From: Lytechinus pictus
Lineage: Eukaryota
DNA length: 64,000 bases
Direction of reading: 5' to 3'
Assembly (NCBI RefSeq): GCF_037042905.1
Contig: NC_087251.1
Coordinates: 37,636,001 to 37,700,000, forward strand
The notes under the pieces were generated by a model, which saw only the letters and a program-made list of their open reading frames with translations, was not told the DNA's origin and made no database searches. The position numbers and the translations under genes were made by a program. Positions 11,926-24,165 of the stretch are shown here, piece after piece; position 1 is the stretch's first letter; each line of letters begins with the position of its first letter.

Positions 11926-14495
11926 TAATTACACTTCCATACACATGTAATGTTCATTGCAGGATCATCTCAACAGAAATATCAATTTTATTTACTTTAT
12001 GCTGTTCCTGCACTTTTTTTTCAAAAGGCTTGTTGCAAAAAAGAATACATGTGATGACACCATGTGTTGACACCATTGACACTGCATCAAAAGCAATGTA
12101 ACCTTTCTACCGCACCCACCCCCGTGTATGTCAATAGCCTGACCAGTGTGTGATAATGCAGGCCCCAGCTGTGTACATTCATATTGTTACTATTCGCCCA
12201 TGACAGACAAATCAATTCGATCACTGAACTTGATGTATATGATTGAATTGAAAAATCTGTCACCACCCAACACGAGTGGTAAAATTATACAATCCTGGTA
12301 TGAACACATACACATGTAGTACAGTGAAGATCAATTATACATACTATGTTAATTTGTCTCCATTCAAATGTAGATCCTATTATCCCTTTCACAATCTACA
12401 TGTATTGCAAGCAACTATGTTATGAGTAGGCATATGTGTACACTAGGCAAATAATGAATTTTCATAATTTGGGGACTACTTTTGACAACCTACTGCTACA
12501 GTATAATCAATCTGCAACATTGGATAAGCTTTAATATTGCTGTGAATGGGAATCTCCCAGTGCTCTTTTTCTTATTTTCCAAGTCTTTTGTGCACTTTGG
12601 GGCAAAATTGCCCTGAGCATTATACACTTACTCAGCATGCAGGTGTGTTTAATTAATGATGAACGTTAAATTTAACTCGAGTATTACATCACGTTTTTGT
12701 CTCTTTGTTTTCCTTTCCTAGATCAATGTTTTGATATTCATTTAAATCTAGAATTAACATCTAAATAGCCTCTTTCCAGAGAAAATTGATAATGTTTTAG
12801 TACATCGTAGGTTGTACAAAAGAATAAAAACTTAATTAGTACAATGAGATCTGTATTTATGAATATATGTAGTTGAAAAAGAATTGCACAAATACATAAT
12901 GAAATTGAAAGAATAATTAAGTGTAATGTAGTCACTTCTTCAAGTTTCCTTTAAAATATTCAACATGATACTTTATATCCTTTTGAATATCATGTAGAGT
13001 CTAAGATGTCAACACCTTGCATCTCCCATCCCAAAGAATGGGATTTATTCCAAGTATTTTTGATAAAAAATGAAGTGGTCTTTTCCATGATTCACTCAGA
13101 GCGATCACAGTTGAAGGGATAAGAAAGAGGGCACAGGTTCAAAGAATTTAATGAGCCAGAAATGCCAGAATTGATAATTATCACCATTTTTCTGATTGTA
13201 GAATAGATAGTCAATAGCAGCTTCCGTCTGCTGCCTTCAATGTACATGCAGCTTAGTTTTTGGTGCTCATTCCGTTTATAATGGGGTTTGTATTCTGCCA
13301 TTCTGTTTTGTTAAGAACCGATGAGGCATGATTGAATGAAATTGAAATTTGTCTTTTCCTCTCCATCTTCCATTTGAGTTGATGGTTCCTTTATATATCG
13401 GCCCAAGTTTGCTTAAAAGTGGAGAGATTTTTGCCTGTTAGCCTGCCTCGTGATTCAGTTTGAGATTCAAGAACCCCATCCCTAACAGCCCAAGTGGGTA
13501 GTCCAGTTTGGCCTAACATCCTAACATACCTTAAAATAAAAAAAACAAAAAAACAGGGAGACTCATTATCCCTGTCCCCCCCCCCCCTTCAATAGCAGAC
13601 CAAGATTAAAATTTACATTATCCCTGCCCCCCCCCAGGTCTATTGGGATGGGGGAAGGGATAATTTAATTGTCAAGTCTTTTTCTTTAAAGGAGGAGAGT
13701 TTTGAGAAGCATTTGCAAAGCAATATGGTATCCCAAACCAAATTTGAGTATTACAGCTTATACTTAATTTGCGAAGTTGATTGTGAAAGGTGACCTCGAA
13801 AATTAACCCCATGAAACGGCTCTGCTGTTATAACTGCCTCTTCAAATGATTTCAAGAGTGGCAGGATAATTACAACATTTGGTTGATTTGGAAGGGACTT
13901 CTCACTCTTTCTTGCTTTATTCCAGGTTGTTTTCCAACCTCAAACCAGGAAACATACATTTGAGACTCAGATTTCGTGTCAACAATTAAATACTGCTCGA
14001 AGTGAAAGTTATATCTGAATGTACATTTTCAGTAAAAAAACACAACTCTTTACATGCATGTTGCTTAATGTACATGTAATTATGTGTATTTTTTAGATGC
14101 CATATTTTAATCAAACAATGTTTACTGCATGATACAAAATTTTATTAACTTTGATTTAATTTGTCCCCAAAACAAGTCAAATGCATGTATAAGTACATTG
14201 TATCCATTACTTAAATGAGACAAAAAGGTACATTGTAGATGGAAATTATTCCACATTTAAGCTTTGATACATTAAGATGTAGATAAATTGAGACTAAGTG
14301 TACTTATCACTCATGGGTATGAGCCATCCATTTTGATATTGAAAAAAAGCTTTTGATTTTCTTTTCACCGAATTCCCTTTAGGGTCGAAAATTCATGCAT
14401 TATGCGAATTTTCAAACGATGCATCACATGTCTAGTCATCCATGTACATGAGAGAACCAATTTGACTGATCCTGACCTGCGCTGCAGTCATTTTA

Positions 14496-15946
14496 TATGC
14501 TTTCACACTGCATTTCCTTAACCCCATACAATCCTTAACCCCAGACTTTCTTTAACCCCATACTATCTTTTTTTGGTTTCACACTGTCATTCTTAACTCC
14601 GTACTATTTTCATAGCTAGGGTCAACTCCTTAACCCCTGACTATTGCACAGTTCATGAATATTGATGATTTTGCCACACAGTGCGTGATTAACCTTCAGT
14701 TTCGTCTACTGTGATTGGCTAATGCTTAGCCCCATTTTTCCTTAGCCCGGTTTCGTTTCACACTGCATCTTTTAGCACCACAATTGTGGTGTTAGCACCA
14801 CAATAAGCCCGCTAACCATGTTTTTTTAGCAGGGCCAGATAGTACCATACTATTTACCGTGCTAGCCCACTTAGCTAAAATGTAGTGTGAAACCGAAGTG
14901 GGCTAAGCCAAGGCTCCACCAAAACCTTCAAATAATTTTTTTTGGTGGCCCGATATTAAAGTTTGGTGGCCCGAAAAATATAAAGAAAAACATTAAAAAT
15001 GAATAAATGGGTATAAATGGTTTAACCACTGTAAAAAAATGAAAGAAAATAAAACGGCAAAAAAGTGTGAGAAAATTCCTTCCCTAAATTTGCCAAAATG
15101 TTGGAAAAATTCACATTTCATATCAATGAAATGCCTTCCCAAAGTATTTACTTTCTCAAGAGAAGTCATTTATAAACAAAAAAAAATAACTGTCTGTTTA
15201 TTTTTGGCTAGAAAAGACCGGAAAAGACACAGCTTCGAAAGAAACCAAGTAACAACATACATACAAATGCACATGTGGGACTGTACTGTACTCACCTATG
15301 TGTTTTTATGTGTATTATTTTCATTTGGAAATCGGTCTTTTTGAGTCAAAAGAGAGGTCATGATTCCTCTTTTTAATGCTTGCAAATAATCAGGATACAC
15401 CAAATTTTAGCAAAAAGGTCTGTAGAAGGGCATTTCATTGGAGTGAAATTTGACTTTGACTTGGATTTTCACAGTTCTGTGGAAGATTTCTTAGCAGCAA
15501 CATTTCGTATTACAGCTCCCTGAGTCTGAATAGGCTGCTAATGCACAGCTGCTTCAAGCATGCAAATCTCACGCCAGCCGGCCGGATAAAAGCTACTTAC
15601 TGCTATAGCGGTAGGCCAACTTTGTGTGTGTGTTTGTGTGTAGATCAACAAAAAGGGCGCATGACGAACTGGCTTGCAATTTGAACTGTAGAAAGTTGAT
15701 AAATGCGTGCAAAATGGGGAGAAAAATTGCGCTATTCTGAAAATTATTGGTTGCCCGATTCAGGCCACCAAAACTTAATATTTTTTCAATAATGGTTGCC
15801 CGAAGTGAATTTCTGGTGGCCCCGGGCCACCGCTAATGTCGAGCCTTGGCTAAGCCTAACCTTGGGAAATTGGTGGGGCTAAGACCCCCCCTTAGCCCCA
15901 CCAATTTCCTGGGGTAAAGGAAAATAAGTGCTGTGTGAAAAGCATA
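14496..15946. mobile_element. Harbinger-like MITE, family H2, interrupted by a nested element
   Basis: TTA|TATGCTTTCACACTGCA...GTGTGAAAAGCATA|TTA; internal CTTAACCCC/CTTAGCCC motifs; inverted copy at 48371-49583. Confidence 0.85.
14909..15848. mobile_element. Non-autonomous DNA transposon with 7-bp TSD (P- or hATw-like), nested in H2
   Basis: GCTAAGC|CAAGGCTCCAC...GTCGAGCCTTG|GCTAAGC; subterminal GGTGGCCCG repeats; longer inverted copy at 58414-59828. Confidence 0.88.
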
Positions 15947-15979
15947 TTACAGGTTGAAGTTTATTTCAGCTCTTCAACG

Positions 15980-16285
15980 ATAATAATAATCTGCTATTTT
16001 ACAACATCTTTAAGTGCTTTACGTGTCATTTCTCTGGTCATTATATTCAGACCTGTCCACAATGTACATGCACTTTCTGCCTTCGCAGGGGAGCATTCAA
16101 GCAATAGCAATACGAGGGTTACAATCGCTTTAGTTTCCACACCCTACCAGGTACTCTGGGTACACCTGGGTGGAGAATTGCGAAGTTTGGTAGACTGATG
16201 CCTTGCCAGAGGATGCTTCTGCTGCGTTGAGACACGAACACACCCGTCTGATTAAAAGACAATTGTAGAAACCATTACATGACAA
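15980..16285 (-). mobile_element. Degenerate tRNA-derived SINE
   Basis: (TAA)n tail on the left; central TACACCTGGGTGGAGA...GCCTTGCC core is the reverse complement of the core at 30210-30275. Confidence 0.55.
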
Positions 16286-17751
16286 CACTTTCTCAACATT
16301 GTCTCTATTAAATACTAGTCTGATTCTTTAGACCTATGTATTTTTTTTTCTTCATAGAGTTCTGTACACAGTGCTATAGTAGTCTTCGATTTTACCAACC
16401 CTTTCAATGCTTCAGTATTGCCAGCTAATACATTGGTGTGGATCATTATTTTACACAGTGAGCTCGCTCTTCCTCCTTTCCTGTTTGGAATATCGTGTGT
16501 GAAGTCGTAAATTAAAACCTTTTATTGGAAGTATCAGTTTTGGTCTGCTGTGGTGCTTACGTAGATCTGACTGTCATACCCTGCTGCCACAGCGCGCCTG
16601 TAGCTACCCATCCGTGTAGTGACTGTCTTTGATAAGCAATGTAATTTGCATCTTGGTTGTAATTAAGATTGCAGATCATGTCACTCTACTGTCCTGTCAT
16701 ATAACATGTAGATGTAATGAGGTTGCTTGATGTAGAAAGTGTATCCTGATAATACTCCTGTGGGATATTGCTGAGTATGCAGTCTTATTGTGTATCAAAG
16801 ACTGAAGTACTTTAAATAATATGAAAATCATATTCAGGAGAGGGAGGGGGGGTAATCTTGATTTTATTTGATTTCTGTTGAATGTACAATTGCAATTTTG
16901 CACCTGAGGCTTTGAATTTGGAATTCATTATTATAATGGTGTATTGGCATTCATGAAGATATTGAACTTGATATCTTAAGTTCCTATCAAAGACAATTGA
17001 TTTTTTTTTCACAAATAGGGCCTAATTTATAGGAGAAAGTATTTCATCAGATTTTAAAGTTTAAACTTACTTTTGTCTCTTAATATTGTATTTGATTTTC
17101 TTGAAATATTAAGGAGTAAGATGATTTCAAATGGCAACTGAATGGATACACTTCTTTCGTACAGGTGGCCAATTTTTTTGTTGGTCAGTTAGCCGCCAGC
17201 ATTCTTTAGTATACCATACTCAATCCTCTGATTTACAAAATCGTGAGGTCATATTTTTGTACTACAGAACAAGGTATGCATGATACATGTATATTTCTAT
17301 AGAGCCCTGTCCAAAAGATCAGCAGTAAGAAAAAAAAACAATTTGTAATATTTTTTTTTAGCGTTACCATAATCTCTAGGTTTGTCTGTTGAATGTACAA
17401 GCTCAACCATCCCTTTGAGTACACTGGTTCAAATGACAATATTTACTAGAAGTGGAATCAAATTTCAATTGGAACATTGCAACCAATGCATTGATTTGAT
17501 GTCTTTCAGCTTTCTAAAGTGTATGCACGTTGTAAACCAAAGGCAAGTTCTGAAGTCCAAAGGTCAAAGATATATTTTGTTTCACTTCCCAAGGTTGTAA
17601 AGGCCTATAATTGGGTGTCCTAATTCCTTGGTTGTGGATTTGTTTGACATATTGTGACATTTCAATGGTTTTATATACTGAGTAGTGATTAAGCAGGCTT
17701 GTTGGCCCTAACTTTCATATTAATTAGGAGATTATAAATAATACACTAAAT

Positions 17752-19852
17752 CAGGGCTCCACACTAACCCTTTTTTTCTACTGGTCCAACCTATTCATGT
17801 CGGACCAGTAAATACCCAGTTTTTCCATTTTTTACTGGTCCGAACCTAAAATCTACTGGTCCCCAAAATAAAGAAAACATTAAAAAAAGGCGTGAGTTTA
17901 TTTTGCTGTCCTTTCTTGTTACCCCCCCCAAAAAAAAATGAAGGAATGAAAGACAAAAAGAAACAAAGGAAGAAATAATAAAAGAAAGGAAGGAAGAACA
18001 CATAAAAGGTAAAGAAAGGATAGATGTGAAGGAAGGAAAAAAGAAAGAAAGAAAGAAAGAACAAAAGAAAAAAAGGAAAGAAAGAAAAAACAAAAGACAG
18101 AAAGTAATGAAAAAAGGAAAGAAGCAATAAAATAAGAAAGAAAGGGTATAAGGAAAGATGGAAAGAAGGAAAAAAGATAGAAAGAAAGAAAGAAAGAAAG
18201 GAAGAAAAAGGGTAAAGACAGGATAAATGTGAAGGAAGGAAAAAAAGAAAGAACTGAAGAGGGAAAGGAAGGAAGGAAAGAAAGAACAAAAATAAGAAAG
18301 AAAGAACAAAAGAAAAAGAAGAAATAAAGGAATGAAGGAAAGAAAGAAAGAAGGAAAGAAATGAAGCAAGCAATATAGAAAGAAAGAACAAAAGACAGAA
18401 AGAAGGAAAGAAGCAATAAAAAAAGAAAGAAAGGGTAAAAGGAGAGATGGAAAGAAGGAAAAAAGAAAGAAAGTATTGAAAGAAGGAAGAAATAAAGAAA
18501 GGTAAAATGATAGATAGAAGGAAAGAAGGAAGCAAGCAAGCAAGCAATAGAAAAAAGAAAGAAAATGTAAAATAGATGAAAGTAAGAAAAAAAAGAAAGA
18601 CCGAAAGACAAAGAAAGGAAGGAATGAGGGAAAAAAAGAACGAAAGAAGAAAGAAAAGGAAGCAAGCAGTAAAAAAAAAAAAAAGGTAAAAGGATAGATG
18701 AAATGAAGGGAAAAAAGATAGAACAGAAAGGAAGGAATGAATGAAAGAAAGAGAGAAAGGGCTGAAAGAAGGAAGAAATAAAAAACAGGAAATGGTAAAG
18801 AAAGGATGGATGGAATGAAGAAAGAAACAAAGAATGAAGGAAAGAAAGGGAAAAAAGAAGGAAAGGAAGAAAGAAAGAAGAGATAAATATAGGATGGATG
18901 GACTCAAGAATAAAAGAAAGAAAGAAATCAAAAAAGAAAGAGAAAAAGAAATAGAGAAAAATGTTAAAAGGACAGAAAGAATGAAAGAACGAAAGACAAA
19001 GAATAATTAAAAAAGAAAGACAGTAACAAAAAAAATTAAAGAAGAGAGGGAAGAAACAAAGAAAGATTGAAAAGAAAGAAGGAAAGAAAGATAGAAAGAA
19101 AACAGAGGAAGAAAGCTAAAACTATCATAAATAAATTATCAGTTTCTTTTTGGCTCAATTAAGATATAGCTACGAAAGAAACCAAGTGTATCAACACACA
19201 CACAAATGCATATGTGGGGCTATCATGTATTCAGACGATATCACTCAAAACCCGATCACTTTGAACTAAAACAGAAGTGAAAATTTCTCCTTTTACTGCT
19301 TACAAATGACAGTTACCCCAATTTTTTGGAAATATGGACATTATAAGAGCTTTTCATTAGTGTGAAATGTGAATTTTGACCGTTCTGTGAGAGATTTCTG
19401 CCAGAGGTTTGCCAAGCTTCGCCAAGCTTCGTTCGTGCAGCCAGTAGAAAATTCACCATGTGGGCTGTGTGGCTGGCTAGCAATATGTATACTGTATGTT
19501 ACCCTAGTAAAAATTGCATGCGATTCATTCTGTGTGTATTCTGTGTGTGAATGACCAAATTTAACGGGAGGAAAATGGTTTGCAATTTGAGTCATGGAAT
19601 ATTTTTTATGTTTATGTTGGACTAGTGAATTTGACCATTTCTGGAAAAGTTACTGGCCCAACAATGGTTTTTATTACTGTTTATGTCGGACCCATAAATC
19701 TTGCTATTTTTGGAAAAATTACCGGCCCGACAATGATATTTTCTTACTGGTCTTGTCGGACCAGTAAATCTTGCTATTTCTGAAAATCTACCGGCCCGAC
19801 AGTGATTTTTACCGGTCTGGGACCGTCGGACCGGCGCTAGTGTCGAGCCCTG
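17752..19852. mobile_element. 7-bp-TSD DNA transposon (P- or hATw-like) related to 14909-15848, with a ~1.2 kb internal polypurine expansion
   Basis: ACTAAAT|CAGGGCTCCACACTA...TAGTGTCGAGCCCTG|ACTAAAT; subterminal ACTGGTCC/ACCGGCCCGAC repeats; block CGAAAGAAACCAAGT..ACAAATGCA.ATGTGGG shared with ~15236-15280. Confidence 0.88.
17930..19115. repeat. (GAAA/GGAA)-rich polypurine tract
   Basis: About 1.2 kb of mostly A/G with an internal duplication at ~300 bp offset (18085-18180 vs 18385-18470). Confidence 0.9.
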
Positions 19853-19979
19853 ACTAAATTCAGTATTTTCCAAGCTTTGGCTTTGAAATTACTTGTCTTG
19901 TATTGGGTGAAAGTTTGTCACCTGTGTCAATATCAAAGGCAGCAGGGGGTGTTTCTTGAAACAAATAATGATTTCTCAT

Positions 19980-20381
19980 CCCGAAGGGGCCACTTCCATT
20001 GACGAGTGGATACCATGCGCGACCATGGGGTCTCGAAAAGCACCCTAAACACGTATTTTCCATATTCTGAAATGCACCCCTTAACAAGTATTGGCGTGTG
20101 AAACCCTACCCTTAACAAGTATTGGAAACAAAACGATACTATTGGCAAGTATTCCCTGAATTGAACCCCTAAACAAGTACAGCGATATTTCAATTGTTAT
20201 GTCACGGACGTCGGTCGTCAGTTTTACCTTTACCTACATCATTGGGTTTAGTACAGCCCCACCTCATACACCTCGCGCAAATCGTACTCTAAACTCGAAG
20301 TGCTGACTCTTGGGGTAAAAGGTACATCCTTTATAAATCATTTTAGTCTTAATTTTTTACACCCTCGCAAATTTGACCCTA
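19980..20381. mobile_element. Truncated copy of the CCCGG-terminal DNA element at 36064-36605
   Basis: Shares CACTTCCATTGACGAGTGGATA...TTAACAAGTATTGGCGTGTGAAA...ACCCTCGCAAATT; right end is missing. Confidence 0.8.
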
Positions 20382-20599
20382 AGCTGAAATAAGCGATGTA
20401 AACAGCACTGATATTGAGTGATATAATAAAGTGGGCGTTATGTATGGGTATATCACTGGAAACAAACATTGCGTTAATGAAATATCATACATTCTAAAGA
20501 GGGACGGAAAATCACTGTCCCTACATGTATTATGTAATTTAAAAAAATGAATGGATTGTCATTTTCTGAAAAAAAATTAAATTGTTTTTTATTGTACTG

Positions 20600-20760
20600 T
20601 AATAATAATAATATGATAATCCGCTTTTATGTAGTGCTTAATACAACGGAACGAGGTGTCTAAAGCGCTTTACAGATATATTATTTCCCCAGTTATCGGA
20701 TTCAATCAGTTATTCCCGCACACAATGTGTGCACATCCTCCACTCCCTGTGGAGTATACC
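20600..20760 (-). mobile_element. 3' fragment of a SINE or non-LTR element
   Basis: (AAT)n tail, AAAGCGCTTTACA and CACAATGT..CAC..CTCC..GGAG motifs like those at 15980-16100. Confidence 0.4.
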
Positions 20761-20869
20761 TTCACTACATCAACAGACAAATTATTTAACACCCACTCTT
20801 GAAAGAAAGAAAATAGTCATCATAAACCATAATAAACCATCAAAAACATTCAAATTTATGTATTTTATG

Positions 20870-21058
20870 CGATGTGTGGCAGTTGCTCGTGTATGATGTC
20901 ACGAATTAAAAAAAAACCGCTGATATAACTTTCTGAATCTTTGAATGATTTTCCTCAATATTTTCAAGATTTCGAAATTCCTCAAGATTTTCCGCTATTC
21001 TTAATTATTTTTCTGGTATTTGACAACAGAATTTTTGTTTGGGTGAACTTCCATTTTA
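20870..21058. mobile_element. Right-end fragment of Kolobok-like family B
   Basis: GGCAGTTGCTCGT..ATGATGTCAC...GGGTGAACTTCC..TTAA resembles 43160-43303 and 24017-24165. Confidence 0.5.
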
Positions 21059-23054
21059 ATAGTAAATGTACTCTTCATTATTAAAGCCATCTGTTATCAG
21101 TGCATACAGTTTATGGTGTAGGCATATATTAATCCTTGAATTTTGCTGGTAATGTGCTGTTATACCCCATATGCATAGATCTGTAGAATAGACCATCTCC
21201 ATCCATATTGTGATCAACTGTAATGCCCCATCAAGAAATCTTTCACACCATGGATATCTTTATTGGATCTAATATGGTTGCATTGGCTAAATACGCTGCT
21301 GCCTAGCCAACTAATGTGATGTGTGAGCTACTGTGAAGGGAAATTGCAATGTCAGGATCTAATGAATAGCTTTCAGTACAGTATCTCTTGATGAGCCATA
21401 TGCAAGGACTACTGTATGTATTTCATGGATACTATATGCATGCTGTATGCACTCCATTGATTAGGAATGTAAAAAAAAACAATAACAATACCCCAGAATT
21501 ATTACATCCTGGTGGCAGAACCTCCCAACACCCCCCCCCCCCTTATTAAAGGAGTAATCCATTGATGTGAAGTATTTAGTAAAAAAGTGCAGGTAAATGT
21601 GCATTTCCTTCCAATGTAATATTAGTGGAGCGGTTATGTGACAAAAAATGGCCAAGATGCTCGGATCTGGCAGAAAGTGTGAAATTTGGCATACAGGGGT
21701 ATTTTTGGGCGCTGATTTCAAAAATTGCCGGCCCCAAGCGATTTGACCATCGGGTCGGCCGCCATTTTGAAATCCAAGATGGCCGCCATGAAAAATCATT
21801 AAATGTCATTTTTTTTTAGTTTTACATTGCATGTGACACTGAAATTTGGCATATAGGAGTATTATGAGGCACTGATTTCAAATATTGCCAGCCCCCAGCA
21901 ATTTGACCATTTGGTCGGCGGCAAAATGGACGCCATCTTGAAATCCAAGATGGCCGCCATGATATATTTTTGCAATCATTTTCTCGAGTTATATATGAAC
22001 TGCGGTATTGAAATTTGGCATATAGGCTTAATTTGGGGTGCTGATTTCAAATATTGCCGGCCCCAAGTGATTTGACCATCGGGTCGGCCGCCATTTTGAA
22101 ATCCAAGATGGCCGCCATGAGAAATCATTAATGTCATTTTCTTGAGTTTTACATGACGTGTGACACTGAAATTTGGTATGTTGGGGTATTTTTAGGCACT
22201 GATTTCAAATATTGCCTGCCCCCAGCAATTTGACCACATGGTCAGCGGCTAAATGGCCGCCATTTTGAAATCCAAGATGGCCGCCAGGAAAAATCATTAA
22301 ATGTCATTTTCTTGAGTTTTACATGATATGTGACACTGAAATTTGGCGTCTAGGCTTAATTCGGCGTGCTGATTTCAAATATTGCCGATCCCAAGTGATT
22401 TGACCATCGGGTCGGCCGCCATTTTGAAATCCAAGATGGCCACCATGAGAAATCATTAATGTCATTTTCTTGAGTTTTACATGACATGTGACACTGAAAT
22501 TTGGTATGATGGGGTATTTTTAGGCACTGATTTCAAATATTGCCACCCCCCAGCAATTTGACCATTTTGTTGGCGGCCATCTTGAAATTCAAGATGGCCG
22601 CCATGATATAATAATGCAATCATTTTCTTGAGTTTTATATGAACTGCAGTATTGAATTTGACATATAGGCTTAATTTTGGGCGCTGATTTCAAATATTGC
22701 CGGCCTCAAGCGATTTGACCATCGGGTCAGCTGCCATTTGAAATCCAAGATGGCCTCCATGAAAAATCATTGAACTCATTTTCTTGAATTTTACATAATA
22801 TGTGCCACTGAAATTTGTAGTATATCGGTATCTGGGTGAGTTCACTAAAAAAATTGCTGGCTCCAAGCAATCTGACAATTGGTCGACGGAAAAATGGCCG
22901 TCATCTTAAATTTGAAGCTGGCTGCCATAAATATATTGCAATTATTTCGTTGAGTTTTATATTATCTGCGGTATTGCACTTTGACATATAGAAGTAGTGT
23001 GGGGAGCTTATTTCAAATATTGCTGGCCCTCAGCGATCTGATTCCCTGAGTCAG

Positions 23055-23500
23055 GGTTATACGGGCCAAATATATTCATTCGAGCCAACCCATTTAATTC
23101 TCAATTTTTAATTTTGATATTGCTGATTGACAAAAACGAATGAATATGATTGATAATCTAACACTGATTCTAGGGAGGGTAACTTTACTGAACTTCCTTT
23201 TTTCAAATTGGGAAGATATATCACCACTTTGGAACTATTTTTATACTGGCGGAAGAAGTATTGCCATTTTACTGTCTCAAGTGATGAATATGACCCTGTC
23301 AGGTGTAGTCTTCATAAATGCGGATTTATTTTTAAAATGTGCTGGTCGAGGTACCCTTTTCTGGTCAGATATGGAATGTCAGACATGTATCCTATCCACT
23401 GGACAGGTAGTAAACATTCAATTCTCGAATTTCATCCTTTTTTTTTAGAGCGCCTCTTTAACACACGAGTCTATGGGAAATGTTTTAGGCCCGTGATACC
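23055..23500. mobile_element. MITE with 4-bp TSD inserted in the left arm of the foldback element
   Basis: TCAG|GGTTATACGGGCC...GGCCCGTGATACC|TCAG; the opposite arm (~24735-24755) shows the empty site with a single TCAG. Confidence 0.8.
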
Positions 23501-24016
23501 TCAGCTGCAAAATGGCAGCCATCTTGAAATCCAAGATGGCTGCCATAAAGAAATCATTAAAAAAAATCAAGTATCATAATTATAAAGAAGGTATTATTTT
23601 GAAATTTGGCATCTTGGGGTATTGACATTTCCCCCAAGAAATCTGTCTAATAGATATGCTGCAAAATGGCCACCATCTTGAAAATTCATTAAAATCATTT
23701 TCTTGAGTTTTAAATAATTTGAGGCACTGCATTTTAGACATACAGGCAGGTTTTGGCCTGCTGGTTTTAGAATATTGCTGCCCCAGTGATTGATCCACCG
23801 GGTCAGCTGAAAATGACCGCCACTTTGAAATCTAAGATGGCTACTACGAAATATCTTTCAAAAATGTTTTCCTGAATTCTACATTACCTGTGTCACTGTA
23901 AATTGGTACTATGAAGCAAAAACTTGTATTGTATGTTAATTTCAAATATGGATAGATAATGAACATAATTATAACACATAACACACTTTATCTGCCATTT
24001 TAAATCACACAACATA

Positions 24017-24165
24017 ATGGGGCAGCTGCTCGTACAGTATATGACGTCACAAATCAAAAACTTAAAATTCTAATATCTTTGATGGATTTACCAATATCCT
24101 TTTTATATCATATTTTCTTGTGTTTTTACAACAAACTTTTCTCCGGGGTGAACTTCCCTTTTTAA
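24017..24165. mobile_element. Right-end fragment of Kolobok-like family B in the foldback spacer
   Basis: GGGCAGCTGCTCGTA..TGACGTCAC...CGGGGTGAACTTCCCT. Confidence 0.5.

Noticed and set aside
17791..18931. Three long F/L/S-rich minus-strand ORFs (250-361 aa)
   Set aside because: Artefacts of the polypyrimidine strand of the GAAA tract, which rarely encodes stops; open in all three frames and inside a transposon.
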